This document shows, in pieces, positions 20,892 to 30,566 of a stretch of 64,000 bases of DNA (its first letter is position 1; every line of letters begins with the position of its first letter). The notes below the pieces were generated by a model. The model did no database searches. It was not told the DNA's origin and worked only from the letters and a program-made list of their open reading frames with translations. Made by a program: the position numbers and the translations under genes. This stretch comes from an uncultured Gemmatimonadaceae bacterium (GTDB taxonomy: Bacteria > Gemmatimonadota > Gemmatimonadetes > Gemmatimonadales > Gemmatimonadaceae), in NCBI GenBank assembly GCA_963829055.1, contig CAWHHI010000020.1, forward strand, positions 984,695-1,048,694. Reading direction: 5' to 3'.

Positions 20892-23480
20892 TCAGAAGAG
20901 AAACCCCGTCCGGAGGTACAGCCCCGTGCGCTCGGCCCCGTGCGCGATACCGACGGTGACGGTGTTCGTCCGTTTCAGCGGGGCAAGCCAGATCCCGCCG
21001 CCGAACGCCGTGTGCCACTCACTCGAGCTCTCTCCCGTTGCGTAGACGCGACCGGCGTCGGCGAGTCCGAACATCCCGAGCTCGTTAGGAATGAAGAGGA
21101 CGAATCTCGCCAGCGCGAGCCGCAGCTCGGCATTGCCGAAGACGGATGATCGACCCGCGAACCGCTGCTCACTCCAGCCGCGGATTGTCGCGGCCCCGCC
21201 GGCGAACGCGGCCTCATGGAAGGGGACGTCCCCCCACACATGCTCGCCACCGACGCGCAGCGCGAGCGTCGGATCGAGCGGCGCCGGGACGCTCAGGTAT
21301 GTCGCGGCCGTCCCGGACGCCTTACCGAAGGTATGTTCGACATCCCACAGGGCTGGATAGAGTGCCCCGTCGGCAGTGAGCTGAACCCCTCGCACCGCGG
21401 CGACGGGATTGTCCCGCGTGTCGACCGCGAGACGTACCCGGGCGCCGGCCTGGCCGAAGTGCGGAGTGCCGTATGGACGGGTCGTACCAATCAACGTGTT
21501 GCTCGGTAGCTCGGTAGTCGTGTACTGCGCTTCGGCACCGAGAGACAGCGTTAGGTGTGGCCTGACATCGACCGTGTACGCAGGCACGAGGAGATACTGC
21601 GTCTGATGCACGCGGTAGAAATCACTCGGCTCGTCGGATCGGGTTTCGTTGCCCGCCCCGAAAAAGCGAATCACCTCGATCCCCGACGCCCTCGCGGCGA
21701 GCGTCATGTACTGTCGCGAGTTCGGCCGCCGGAACTCGGCAGTCAGCAGCGCGCGGGGTCTGTTCGCCTCGAGTGCGTAGCCCGCCTCCATCGTTATGCG
21801 CGAAGCATAGGGGACGGAACGGAACCCGTACCGGTACAGCGTACGACCGCCGCCCACGAAGAGTCCGACCTCGGGTCCGTAGGTCGTCCACGGAGCGGGA
21901 CGCCATTCGTGGCCCCAATCCCGATGCGGGTCTTGCGGTCGCTTGGCGGGGGGCGCGTCATACGACCGATGATCGACTCGTGCGTCGGACCCCTGCACAC
22001 GACTGGCGCGGCCCGACGCGTCATAGAAGCGGGCCGGCTCGCCGCTGGTACTCGACGAGTCCACGAAGTCGTCGTCGCCGGCGCCGGCGACGATTCGCAC
22101 TGTCACACGCCGCGCGGCGTGTCCTCGTAGCACCACGCGGTCGTTGCCGCCGAAGAGATAGATTCGTACCTCCTTCGTGTCGGTCGGCGCGAAGCGACGG
22201 CGGAAGTACGCTGCTGCGGACGGGCTCTGCTCGGACGCCAGCGGAGAGAGCGAGACCTCCACACCGCCGTCGTCGAGACTGACTACCTCCGCGAGATCGG
22301 GTGCATCGGTTCCACGGACGTCGACCTCGCGGGCGAGGAGTCGGTAGAACTCCGCCGCGGCGGCGGGAAGGTGGTCGCGGCGTGAGACGAGCGTCCGTCG
22401 GAGATGCGCGCCGTTCACCCTAACGAGTGGTGCCGGCATGGCCGCGATGGCATCGTCGATCACCGAGTCGCTGAGCTGCGCTTGCAGTGCCCGCGCGACA
22501 GAGTCCCAGACGGGCCGCTCGAGACCCGTCAGCAGGCGGCGATCGATTTCGCGGCCGTTCCACGTCAGCCCCAGCATGCCCGGATACGCCGCATCGAAGC
22601 TGACGAGCAGAGGATACCACGCCCGCGCGATCGAGAGTAACAGCCCCTCGTGCTTGACGAACGCCATGTCGCGGTCACGCGGGACGGGCTCCCACAGCGC
22701 GTTCGTTTCCGCGCGGAAGTTCGCCCACCGCCACTGGTCGCGATGTCGGTCGCGGTCGCCAACGAACACGTCGAAGAGTCGCGCCGCGAGAAAGGCCGGC
22801 GCGTCGAAGCGCGTCCTGGCGGACTTCCGCAAACGGTCGAACAGATCCTCGGAGCTGATCTCGTCGAGAGCGCCCGGCGAGACCAGCGTTTCGTCGAAGC
22901 CGGGGCCCGGGCGCTCCTCGAAGGTGCCCAGCTGGTTCGCGAAATCGGCGCGGAACTCGCCGAGCAACGGATGGTCCGGGAGCGCCACGAGTCTCGGGTG
23001 TGCGTGGCGAATCCTCGTGGCATCGAGCAATCGCGCGACGACGAGCGCGCTCGCCGGATGGAAGGAGCTCACCTGGTCCTGGAGCACCTGATCGACGAGC
23101 GTCTCGCGCAGGTCGGGCGGCAGCGCGCGTGACGGGTCCTTGTCGAGGGATCGGAAGACGTACGTGTGGCCGTCGGCGCCGTCGAAGCGGAGCGATCTCG
23201 TTTGCAGTCCACCGCCGCGCCGCGTGGGCTTGAGTCCGCCGGCGAACGTGCTCAGGTCGAGCACCTCGAAAGGAATGGGCGTCGCCCAGAGCGCGCGGTA
23301 GTTGGTGCCGAGCATCGCGCGATGCAGTCGCCCAGCAGGGTACCCGGCGCCCGGCGCGGCGACCACGGTGTCCCGCGGCGCGGGCTGTGTGGATGACGTG
23401 CCGGTGGCCGGAACCTGCGCGCGAGCGGCCGCCGCCAGACCCGCCAGCGCGACGGCGGAGAAACGCGTCCTAACGCGCAC
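20892..23480 (-). CDS. Omp85/BamA-TamA family beta-barrel protein with N-terminal kinase-like passenger domain
   Basis: Signal peptide; GGGLQTRSL, GDRDRHRDQW and PRDRDMAF motifs; amphipathic C-terminal strands, DTRDNP, IRGWSEQRFAG loop motif, terminal Phe (TGFLF). Confidence 0.8.
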   Translation of the reverse strand: MRVRTRFSAVALAGLAAAARAQVPATGTSSTQPAPRDTVVAAPGAGYPAGRLHRAMLGTNYRALWATPIPFEVLDLSTFAGGLKPTRRGGGLQTRSLRFDGADGHTYVFRSLDKDPSRALPPDLRETLVDQVLQDQVSSFHPASALVVARLLDATRIRHAHPRLVALPDHPLLGEFRADFANQLGTFEERPGPGFDETLVSPGALDEISSEDLFDRLRKSARTRFDAPAFLAARLFDVFVGDRDRHRDQWRWANFRAETNALWEPVPRDRDMAFVKHEGLLLSIARAWYPLLVSFDAAYPGMLGLTWNGREIDRRLLTGLERPVWDSVARALQAQLSDSVIDDAIAAMPAPLVRVNGAHLRRTLVSRRDHLPAAAAEFYRLLAREVDVRGTDAPDLAEVVSLDDGGVEVSLSPLASEQSPSAAAYFRRRFAPTDTKEVRIYLFGGNDRVVLRGHAARRVTVRIVAGAGDDDFVDSSSTSGEPARFYDASGRASRVQGSDARVDHRSYDAPPAKRPQDPHRDWGHEWRPAPWTTYGPEVGLFVGGGRTLYRYGFRSVPYASRITMEAGYALEANRPRALLTAEFRRPNSRQYMTLAARASGIEVIRFFGAGNETRSDEPSDFYRVHQTQYLLVPAYTVDVRPHLTLSLGAEAQYTTTELPSNTLIGTTRPYGTPHFGQAGARVRLAVDTRDNPVAAVRGVQLTADGALYPALWDVEHTFGKASGTAATYLSVPAPLDPTLALRVGGEHVWGDVPFHEAAFAGGAATIRGWSEQRFAGRSSVFGNAELRLALARFVLFIPNELGMFGLADAGRVYATGESSSEWHTAFGGGIWLAPLKRTNTVTVGIAHGAERTGLYLRTGFLF

Positions 23481-23510
23481 GCCGATATGCGGCGTAGCAG
23501 AGCGACCGGC

Positions 23511-26500
23511 TCATCGGAGCCCGGCCGGCTGGTCGTACGCGGCGGACGAAGGCGCAAGTGCCGTTCGGCCGGTCACGTTAGGCGTGACGGGCCGCTGTGC
23601 GTAGGTCCCGTCCGGCGCGAGCACCCACGCGGTGGGGTCGGCGAGCTCGCGATCGAGGATCCCGTCGAGCCGTGCACGCAGGCGCGGCTCGTGGACCGGC
23701 GCCAGGACCTCGACGCGCCGGCGCAGATTCCTCGGACGCAGATCGGCCGATCCGATGAAGTACTCCGGGTCGCCACCGTTGGCGAAGACCACGACGCGCG
23801 CGTGCTCGAGAAAGCGCCCGAGCAGGCTGACGACGCGGATCCGGTCGGCTGTGCCCGCGGCCCCTGGGCTGAGCGTGCAGATGCCGCGCACGATCAGCTC
23901 GATCTCGACGCCCGCACGGGCGGCGCGGTACAGCGCGCGCACGACGTCGGCATCGGAAAGTCCGTTGAGCTTCATCCGGATCTGCCCCCCGCGCCCCGAG
24001 CGGGCGTGATCCGCCTCCCGCTCGATCCGCTCGATCAAGCCCGGGAGCAGGCCGGCCGGCGCGACGAGGCAGTCGCGATACGGGTGAGCGGCGAGCGCCA
24101 ATGATCCGGTGAGCGCGTTGAACAGATCGTTGACGTCCGCACACAGTGTCTCGCGGGCGGTGAGCAGACCGAAGTCGGTGTACGCGCGCGCGGTCTCAGC
24201 GTTGTAGTTGCCAGTGCCGACGTGGACATAGCGGCGCGGGATGCCGTCCTCTCGACGCACGACCATCGCGACCTTCGCGTGGTTCTTGACGCCCTGCACG
24301 CCGTGGACGACGTGCACGCCGGCCGCCTCGAGGTGCTTCGCCCACGTGACGTTCCGCTCCTCGTCGAAACGCGCTTTCAGCTCGACGAACGCCGTCACGT
24401 CCTTGCCGGCTTTGGCGGCGCGAGCCAGCGCATCGACTATGGGGGACCGCTCCCCTGCCCGGTACAGCGTCACTCTGATTGCCGCCACGTCGGGATCATC
24501 GGCGGCTTCATCGAAGAAGTGCTCGACCGTCGACGAAAAGGCGTCGTAGGGATGGTGGAGCAACACGTCGTGCTCGCGGAGCGTTTCCCAGAGCGGCCGA
24601 CTGACGTCGAGGTGCGCGTTAGGCTGAAACGGCGGGAAGCGAAGCTCGGGGCGCGGCAGTCCGGCGATCTGTCGCAAGGCGCCGGGATCCATGAGCCCAT
24701 CGATCTCGTACACCTCATCCGCGCCGAGCCCGCCGCGTTGCGCTCCCGGCTCGAGCTGCAGCTCATGCAGCAGCCGATCGCGGATGGCGGCCGGCATCGC
24801 GCGCTCGACCTCGACCCGGACAACCGGCTGGTGGCGTCGGCGCTGCGTGCTCTCCGCGATGGCCTGCGCCAGATTGCCCGCGTGCCGCTCGTCCACGTCG
24901 AGGTCGGCGTACCGTGTCACGCGGAACAGGTATGCGTGTTCGACGCGGCGACCAGGATAGAGCGCGTCGAGCTCGTGGCGGATCACGTCCTCCAGCGCGA
25001 CGAAGTCGTCGCTGTCCGGGAGCCTAACGAACCGGGGAACTGCCGCCGGCACGACGAGGTCCCCGATATGACGCGCCGCCCCGGCGTGCGGGCCCCGCGC
25101 CATGACCACCATGCATAACGTGAGATCTGGTATGAGGGGGAACGAGAGCCCCGGCGTCGCGGTGATCGCGCGCGGCGTCAGGTACGGAAAGACGGTGGAC
25201 CGGAAGTAGGTGCGCAGGTAGTCACGCTGCGCCGCGCTCAGCTCACCCGGCGCACGAAGGAAGATTCCCGCCTCAGCGAGAGCCTGTCGGCAGACATCGA
25301 TGCAGCGGTATTGTCGCGCTATCATCGTCCGCACCCGGCGCGAGATCGCCTCGAGCCGAGGCCCCGCCACCTGCCCGCCCGCCTCGGCGGCCACCTCGAG
25401 ACTCCCGTACTTCATGCCGCCCATCCTGACCATGAAGAACTCGTCGAGGTTCGCGTTCACGATCGACAGGTAGCGCACACGCTCCAGCAGTGGAACGGAT
25501 TCACTCTCCGCGAGCGCGAGCACGCGCTCGTTGAACGCGAGTAGACTCAGATCGCCGTCGAGCAACGGTTCTTCCGCGGACACCGCTTCCATCGCTGGGT
25601 CAGTGGCCACCGTGCGGAAGTCCGCGGTGTAGCCAGTCTCGGATTCGCTCCCGGCCGCGGGCGCTTCGGACAGCCCGGCAAGGAGCCCGGACCGATCGAA
25701 CGTCGTCAACGCCGCGACTGTCGGAGGATCCGAAACCAGCGACGAGCCAACTCTCCGCTGCAGGTCGGCTACCGGCATCCACTCGACGTTGGACGTCCGC
25801 TCGGGTCGCGCCGACCTCTCGACGTGCGTCGCGATCCACACCTCGAGCGATTGCCATCGCCCATCGGCGCGGACGGTCGACAGGAGATGCAGGTCCCCGA
25901 CGGCACTCCCGAGCACGTGGCGCATCGAATGGCGGCAGGCGTCTTCGCCGCGTCCCTCGGCGATCGGAAGACGGCGCATGTCGCCATCCACGATGCAGGC
26001 GGCCTGGAGGCCGTCGAGCGCAATGATCACAACCCATTGCCCGGACCCAACCGCCCTGGCCAGCGCTTCGCTCTCGAGCGCCGCACGGAGAAGCGCGCCG
26101 CGCACCGGCCTGTCGGTCGTGATCGTGCGGAGAGCGTAGGCCTCGCGTAGCGCCCGCGACAGTTGTTCGAAGCTCGGTTTCCCCGCGCGCACTTCGCGCA
26201 GCTCGACTTCCTGGAACGTGCGCGCGAGACCCGCCGCCCGCACCGTGACGACGTCGTAGGTCAGCTCGAAGCGCGCCCGCCGCAGCCACCCCGCTGAGAG
26301 CTCGCGCGTATGACGCTCGGTCTCCAGGTCGAGTTGGACGTCCAGCGCCGCGGGGCTCACGAGCCCACGGAGGAGACGAGCCGGTTCGCTCGGCCCCTCA
26401 CACGCCGAGCGCGGCTCATCGGCCACCACCGCGGCTTCCAGCTTCCGGAGCTCGGGACGGCCGTTCACATGAGCGAGCAGAGATACCAGGAGCTCGCAGC

Positions 26501-26696
26501 GTTCATCCGTCCGGAGCCGGAACCGGCACGTCGCGCCCCGTTGTCGTAAGGCGCCGTCAGCGGTGTCGAGGTAGAGATCGCGATGAAAGCGCGGCCCCAC
26601 TGGCTGGCCCTGGAGGCCGAACGGCAGCGGCTCAGCCACCAATCGGCGGAGCGCCGCGGCGGTTGGTACGTCCCAGCAGGCATCAGCTCTGGTCAC
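23511..26696 (-). CDS. ppk1: Polyphosphate kinase 1 with N-terminal CYTH-like extension
   Basis: LSLLAFNERVL, NLDEFFMVR, LLHHPYDAF, ELKARFDEERN, KNHAKV, GTGNYN, RFLEHAR and GSADLRPRNLRRRVE motifs; GTG start overlaps upstream TGA (GTGA at 26693-26696). Confidence 0.92.
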   Translation of the reverse strand: MTRADACWDVPTAAALRRLVAEPLPFGLQGQPVGPRFHRDLYLDTADGALRQRGATCRFRLRTDERCELLVSLLAHVNGRPELRKLEAAVVADEPRSACEGPSEPARLLRGLVSPAALDVQLDLETERHTRELSAGWLRRARFELTYDVVTVRAAGLARTFQEVELREVRAGKPSFEQLSRALREAYALRTITTDRPVRGALLRAALESEALARAVGSGQWVVIIALDGLQAACIVDGDMRRLPIAEGRGEDACRHSMRHVLGSAVGDLHLLSTVRADGRWQSLEVWIATHVERSARPERTSNVEWMPVADLQRRVGSSLVSDPPTVAALTTFDRSGLLAGLSEAPAAGSESETGYTADFRTVATDPAMEAVSAEEPLLDGDLSLLAFNERVLALAESESVPLLERVRYLSIVNANLDEFFMVRMGGMKYGSLEVAAEAGGQVAGPRLEAISRRVRTMIARQYRCIDVCRQALAEAGIFLRAPGELSAAQRDYLRTYFRSTVFPYLTPRAITATPGLSFPLIPDLTLCMVVMARGPHAGAARHIGDLVVPAAVPRFVRLPDSDDFVALEDVIRHELDALYPGRRVEHAYLFRVTRYADLDVDERHAGNLAQAIAESTQRRRHQPVVRVEVERAMPAAIRDRLLHELQLEPGAQRGGLGADEVYEIDGLMDPGALRQIAGLPRPELRFPPFQPNAHLDVSRPLWETLREHDVLLHHPYDAFSSTVEHFFDEAADDPDVAAIRVTLYRAGERSPIVDALARAAKAGKDVTAFVELKARFDEERNVTWAKHLEAAGVHVVHGVQGVKNHAKVAMVVRREDGIPRRYVHVGTGNYNAETARAYTDFGLLTARETLCADVNDLFNALTGSLALAAHPYRDCLVAPAGLLPGLIERIEREADHARSGRGGQIRMKLNGLSDADVVRALYRAARAGVEIELIVRGICTLSPGAAGTADRIRVVSLLGRFLEHARVVVFANGGDPEYFIGSADLRPRNLRRRVEVLAPVHEPRLRARLDGILDRELADPTAWVLAPDGTYAQRPVTPNVTGRTALAPSSAAYDQPAGLR

Positions 26697-27778
26697 AGAA
26701 ACTCGACTCCTACGACGTGCGGGGCGCCGCGCTCGCGGAGCGTGTTGAGGAACCCGGGACGACCATCCTTGCGGAGGCGGATCAGGTAGTCGAGCGTGAA
26801 GCGGCCGTCGTCGGCGGGCATGAGACCGGCGAGCTCCCAACGTTTGGCGCTCTCTCCGAGCACAGCCTCCACGACCGACTGGCTCACTCCAGGGTCCACG
26901 GTGTGGATACGCAGCCTCGTGGTCCGCTGCGATTCCGTGGGCGCCGCGCGATGATCGGCGCTGATGGCGAGTTGCCGGCGCCACGCCCCCGCGGCGCTGG
27001 CGAAGCGCTCGTCGCTGGTCCAGTCGTCACTGCCGTCGGGCGCTGCCCTTGCCGCAGCCGCTGTGCGTGTCCGAATCGGGGCCAGCTTCGGGAGGCGCGC
27101 CAACCGCGCGAGGCCCCCACGGATCCCGGGGGTCGGCGCTCGGGCGAAATCGATCCACCAGAGTCCGAGCACGCAAACGTTGAACACCACCGACGTGGCG
27201 ATTCCGACGACGAGCACGCCGACGGCAGCCGAGATGCCGATCGTGGTCGCGATGAAGATGTAGACGCCGTCCTTCGTGTCGTCGAGCGTGTTCCGAAATC
27301 GCAGCACGGCTACGACGCCCCCGAGGCTGAACGCGAGGGCGAGGCTGTCCTGGATGAGCACGAGCATCCCCGCGATGGCGACGGGCAGCAGGATGAGCGT
27401 GTGCACCATCGATTGCTGAAATCCGCGCTTGCGACGAGTGAGCGAGTACACCCAAGCCAGCGGTAGCGTCGTCGTCAGCGCACCGGCGAGCGCCAGGAGC
27501 GTAAAGGTCAGCAGGCTCCAGCCGCCGAACTGACCCGATTGGAGTGGAGCACGGGCTACGTCGGACCGGGAAAGCGAGCCCGAGAGCTCACCCAGGCGAC
27601 CCGACTCGAGGAGCCCTCTGAGGGAGGGAAACCGGCGCCAGAGCAGGCCGAGCGCGGCAATGAACACCGCGTAGTACGCGATGATCCAGAGCAGTCGCCT
27701 CGCCGCGGCGGAAAGCCGCGGTTCGCTGGCGTCCAATCGTTCGCCGAGGTGCGCGGCTCGCTCTTGCTGCCTGGTCAT
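26693..27778 (-). CDS. DUF4956 domain membrane protein
   Basis: Several hydrophobic helices; LALAFSLGGVVAVLRFRNTLDDTKDGVYIF signature; soluble C-terminal domain. Confidence 0.8.
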   Translation of the reverse strand: MTRQQERAAHLGERLDASEPRLSAAARRLLWIIAYYAVFIAALGLLWRRFPSLRGLLESGRLGELSGSLSRSDVARAPLQSGQFGGWSLLTFTLLALAGALTTTLPLAWVYSLTRRKRGFQQSMVHTLILLPVAIAGMLVLIQDSLALAFSLGGVVAVLRFRNTLDDTKDGVYIFIATTIGISAAVGVLVVGIATSVVFNVCVLGLWWIDFARAPTPGIRGGLARLARLPKLAPIRTRTAAAARAAPDGSDDWTSDERFASAAGAWRRQLAISADHRAAPTESQRTTRLRIHTVDPGVSQSVVEAVLGESAKRWELAGLMPADDGRFTLDYLIRLRKDGRPGFLNTLRERGAPHVVGVEFL

Positions 27779-27926
27779 CGATAACCCGCCTTCGCGCGAG
27801 CGATCCGCATCCGGTGCCAGGCGACAAGCACAGCTCGAGCGTTGTCGGGTGTCACCAGCCGCGTCGCCGGCACGGGTTCGCCGTCAACTGTTTCCGAGCG
27901 TACACATTTGTAGTGCGTAGAATTGA

Positions 27927-27932
27927 TGTCAA
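27927..27932 (-). promoter_or_regulatory. Possible -35 element for the DUF4956-ppk1 operon
   Basis: TTGACA on the minus strand in an AT-richer patch (27901-27932); no convincing -10 at canonical spacing. Confidence 0.3.
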
Positions 27933-28031
27933 GCTGAGTCAGCCGCTACGGAGGACTGTCGAGAACCCCGTCTCGGCTCCGACTTACCGGCAACGGACAC
28001 ACGCCCGTCAACTCAGCTAACGGAGACGATC

Positions 28032-28484
28032 ATGCCGACCATCACGCCGTTCCTCTGGTTCGACACACAGGCCGAAGAGGCCATGAACTTCTACGCCTCG
28101 GTCTTCGAGCGCTCGCGGGTCGTCTCGGTCAGTCGCGCAGGGGGCAAGGTGATGACCGTCGAGTTCGAGCTGGAGGGGCAGAAGTTCATGGCCCTGAATG
28201 CCGGCCCGGCGTTCATGTTCAACGAGTCCATCTCGTTCTTCGTGGGGTGCGAGACGCAGCAGGAGATCGATGACTACTGGGACAAGCTCACCGCGGACGG
28301 CGCACCCGGTCGTTGCGGCTGGCTCAAGGACAAATACGGCCTGTCGTGGCAGATCGTCCCCAAAGCGCTTGGTCGCCTGCTCGGTGGTAGCGACGGCGCG
28401 AAGTCGAAGCGCGTCATGGACACGCTGATGCAAATGAACAAGCTCGACGTGAATGCGCTGCAGCGGGCGTACGACGGAGCGTAA
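28032..28484 (+). CDS. VOC/PhnB-like (3-demethylubiquinone-9 methyltransferase domain) protein
   Basis: ITPFLWFDTQAEEA, FMALNAGP and CGWLKDKYGLSWQIVP motifs. Confidence 0.92.
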   Translation: MPTITPFLWFDTQAEEAMNFYASVFERSRVVSVSRAGGKVMTVEFELEGQKFMALNAGPAFMFNESISFFVGCETQQEIDDYWDKLTADGAPGRCGWLKDKYGLSWQIVPKALGRLLGGSDGAKSKRVMDTLMQMNKLDVNALQRAYDGA

Positions 28485-28527
28485 GGAATGGCGACAACGC
28501 GGGCCGTGTGACGCCAGGTCTTCGCGC

Positions 28528-29058
28528 TCAGCGTTGCACCGCCCCGTCCGCCGGCCGGTGGAAGGCGACCGCGTGTTCAGCGTTGATCGCGGCGAGCCTC
28601 GCGAAGTCCGGTGGACCTGGCACCGCGAATACCTCGGCAGCGCGCGCGAAATAGCGCTCGAACCCACTCGGCGTCGTCAGCACCCAGTGCCGGCCCGTAG
28701 TCTCGCTGACGACCTTGAACGTGTGGACGCTGCCGCGCGGGAGATACACGACGCTCCCCGGCCCGGCGTTCGTCCACTCGCCGTCGATGAAGACGCTGTA
28801 CTCACCCTCGACGATGATGAACAGCTCGTCCTCGGCGAAGTGTACGTGAGCCGGCGGCCCATTGCCCACGGCCACTTCGGCGAGGCCGAGCGTGAGCGAG
28901 CCAGCGGTCTGTTCGCCAGTCAGCACGAACGCGATTTCGTTACCGAACGAGCGAACGCGCTGGCCCTGACCTGGGCGCACGATGCTGGCGATCCGGCGCG
29001 GTGCGTCTACTGGCGCGGCGGTCGGTGAATCGACGACAGTGGATTCGAGCACGGGCAT
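28528..29058 (-). CDS. Cupin domain protein (quercetinase-like)
   Basis: GPPAHVHFAEDELFIIVEG and PRGSVHTF cupin motifs; TPSGFERYF. Confidence 0.85.
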   Translation of the reverse strand: MPVLESTVVDSPTAAPVDAPRRIASIVRPGQGQRVRSFGNEIAFVLTGEQTAGSLTLGLAEVAVGNGPPAHVHFAEDELFIIVEGEYSVFIDGEWTNAGPGSVVYLPRGSVHTFKVVSETTGRHWVLTTPSGFERYFARAAEVFAVPGPPDFARLAAINAEHAVAFHRPADGAVQR

Positions 29059-29268
29059 AGGGAGCACCTGAATAGACGGCACGGATGGTCGAGACCGATT
29101 GAAGGATTGACTGCATCGACGATATGGGCGCATGGGGCCTCGCGCATGGGTCGCATGACCTACGGTCGGATCAGGGCTGCCCCGCCGCCGTGATCCGGCC
29201 CTGTCGGGCGCGGGGCCCAGGTCCCATTTTCCGGACGCCCTGATTCTTTCACGCCGAGGCGAGACATC

Positions 29269-30447
29269 ATGTCGACCGACCGTCGCACCTTCCTCAAGCT
29301 CTCAGCCGTCGCGAGCGGCGCGCTCGCCCTGTCCAATACCCGCAACGCACTGGGGGCGCTGCCTCCGCGATCGGACCCACGTAATACTGACGCGACTGGC
29401 CGAGCCGCCGCGCCGCTCAACATGCTCATCCTCGGCGGCACCGGCTTCACGGGCCCCGAGCAGGTGAACTACGCGCTCGCGCGCGGCCACAAGGTGACGC
29501 TGTTCAATCGCAACAAGACGCGCCCGGACATGTTCAAGGGCAAGGTCGACCAGCTCATCGGCGACCTGGGCGCGGACGCGAGTGCGCTCAAGGGGAAGAA
29601 GTTCGACGTCGTGCTCGACAACCCGACGACGTTCCCGTTCTGGGTGCGTAACGCGGCCCAGTACCTCGAAGGCAATGTCGGCCACTACATCTTCATCTCG
29701 ACGCTGTCGGTGTACCCCGACAACAGCAAGCCTGGTGCGGACGAGAGCGACGGCACGACACCGATGCCGGAAGGCGTCGACCCCTACACGATCGTGCGCG
29801 AGCACGCCGGCCAGTACTACGGCGCGCTCAAGACGTTCTCCGAACAGGAAGTCGCGAAGCACTACGCGAAGGCATTCACCATCGTGCGGTCCGGCCTCAT
29901 CGTCGGCCCGCTCGACCGCTCCGACCGCTTCACGTACTGGCCCGCGCGCATCGACCGCGGTGGTGAGGTGCTCGCGCCCGGCACGCCTAACGATCCGTCA
30001 CAGATCATCGACTCGCGCGACCTCGCCGAGTTCATGATCCGGCTGGCCGAGGGCAAGGTGCTCGGCACGTACAACGCGATGGGTCCGGCGAAGCCGACGA
30101 CGATGGCTGAGGTGCTGTATGGCATCAAGGCCGTGACGACGGCGGGGGCGAGCTTCACCTGGGTGCCTAACGACTTCCTGACCGCGCAGGGCGTGCGCGG
30201 CTGGCGCCACATGCCGATCTGGCTTCCGCCCGAGGGGCGGACGGCGGGCTTCCTGAGCCGCAGCAACGCGAAGGCAGTGGCCGCGGGGCTGACGTTCCGC
30301 CCGCTGGCGGTGACGGCGAAGGACACGCTCGACTGGCACAAGACGCGTCCCGAAGCGGAACAGAAGGCGACACTCGAGGGCGCGATCGCCGGTATCCCGC
30401 CGGCGAAGGAGGCGGAAGTGCTGGCGGCGTGGAAGGCGAAGGCCTGA
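29269..30447 (+). CDS. NAD-dependent epimerase/dehydratase with Tat-like leader
   Basis: STDRRTFLK; LILGGTGFTG; YGALK (YxxxK); DRFTYWPAR. Confidence 0.9.
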   Translation: MSTDRRTFLKLSAVASGALALSNTRNALGALPPRSDPRNTDATGRAAAPLNMLILGGTGFTGPEQVNYALARGHKVTLFNRNKTRPDMFKGKVDQLIGDLGADASALKGKKFDVVLDNPTTFPFWVRNAAQYLEGNVGHYIFISTLSVYPDNSKPGADESDGTTPMPEGVDPYTIVREHAGQYYGALKTFSEQEVAKHYAKAFTIVRSGLIVGPLDRSDRFTYWPARIDRGGEVLAPGTPNDPSQIIDSRDLAEFMIRLAEGKVLGTYNAMGPAKPTTMAEVLYGIKAVTTAGASFTWVPNDFLTAQGVRGWRHMPIWLPPEGRTAGFLSRSNAKAVAAGLTFRPLAVTAKDTLDWHKTRPEAEQKATLEGAIAGIPPAKEAEVLAAWKAKA

Positions 30448-30566
30448 GCGCCCCGGAAACGCTACGCTACTCGCCTCCCGGTGATTCAGGCGCAACCGGG
30501 AGGCGTGCGGCTCCCCGAGCAGGCGTGACCGTACGATTCTAACACGACCCCGACCTGGAGACCGTC

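Noticed and set aside
26697..26984. N-terminal 96 aa of the 1157-aa PPK1 ORF
   Set aside because: Overlaps the DUF4956 coding region in another frame; the GTGA-coupled start at 26696 is more plausible
27840..28010. PHO box upstream of the polyphosphate operon
   Set aside because: Scattered GTCA words are present but not as 11-bp-spaced direct repeats
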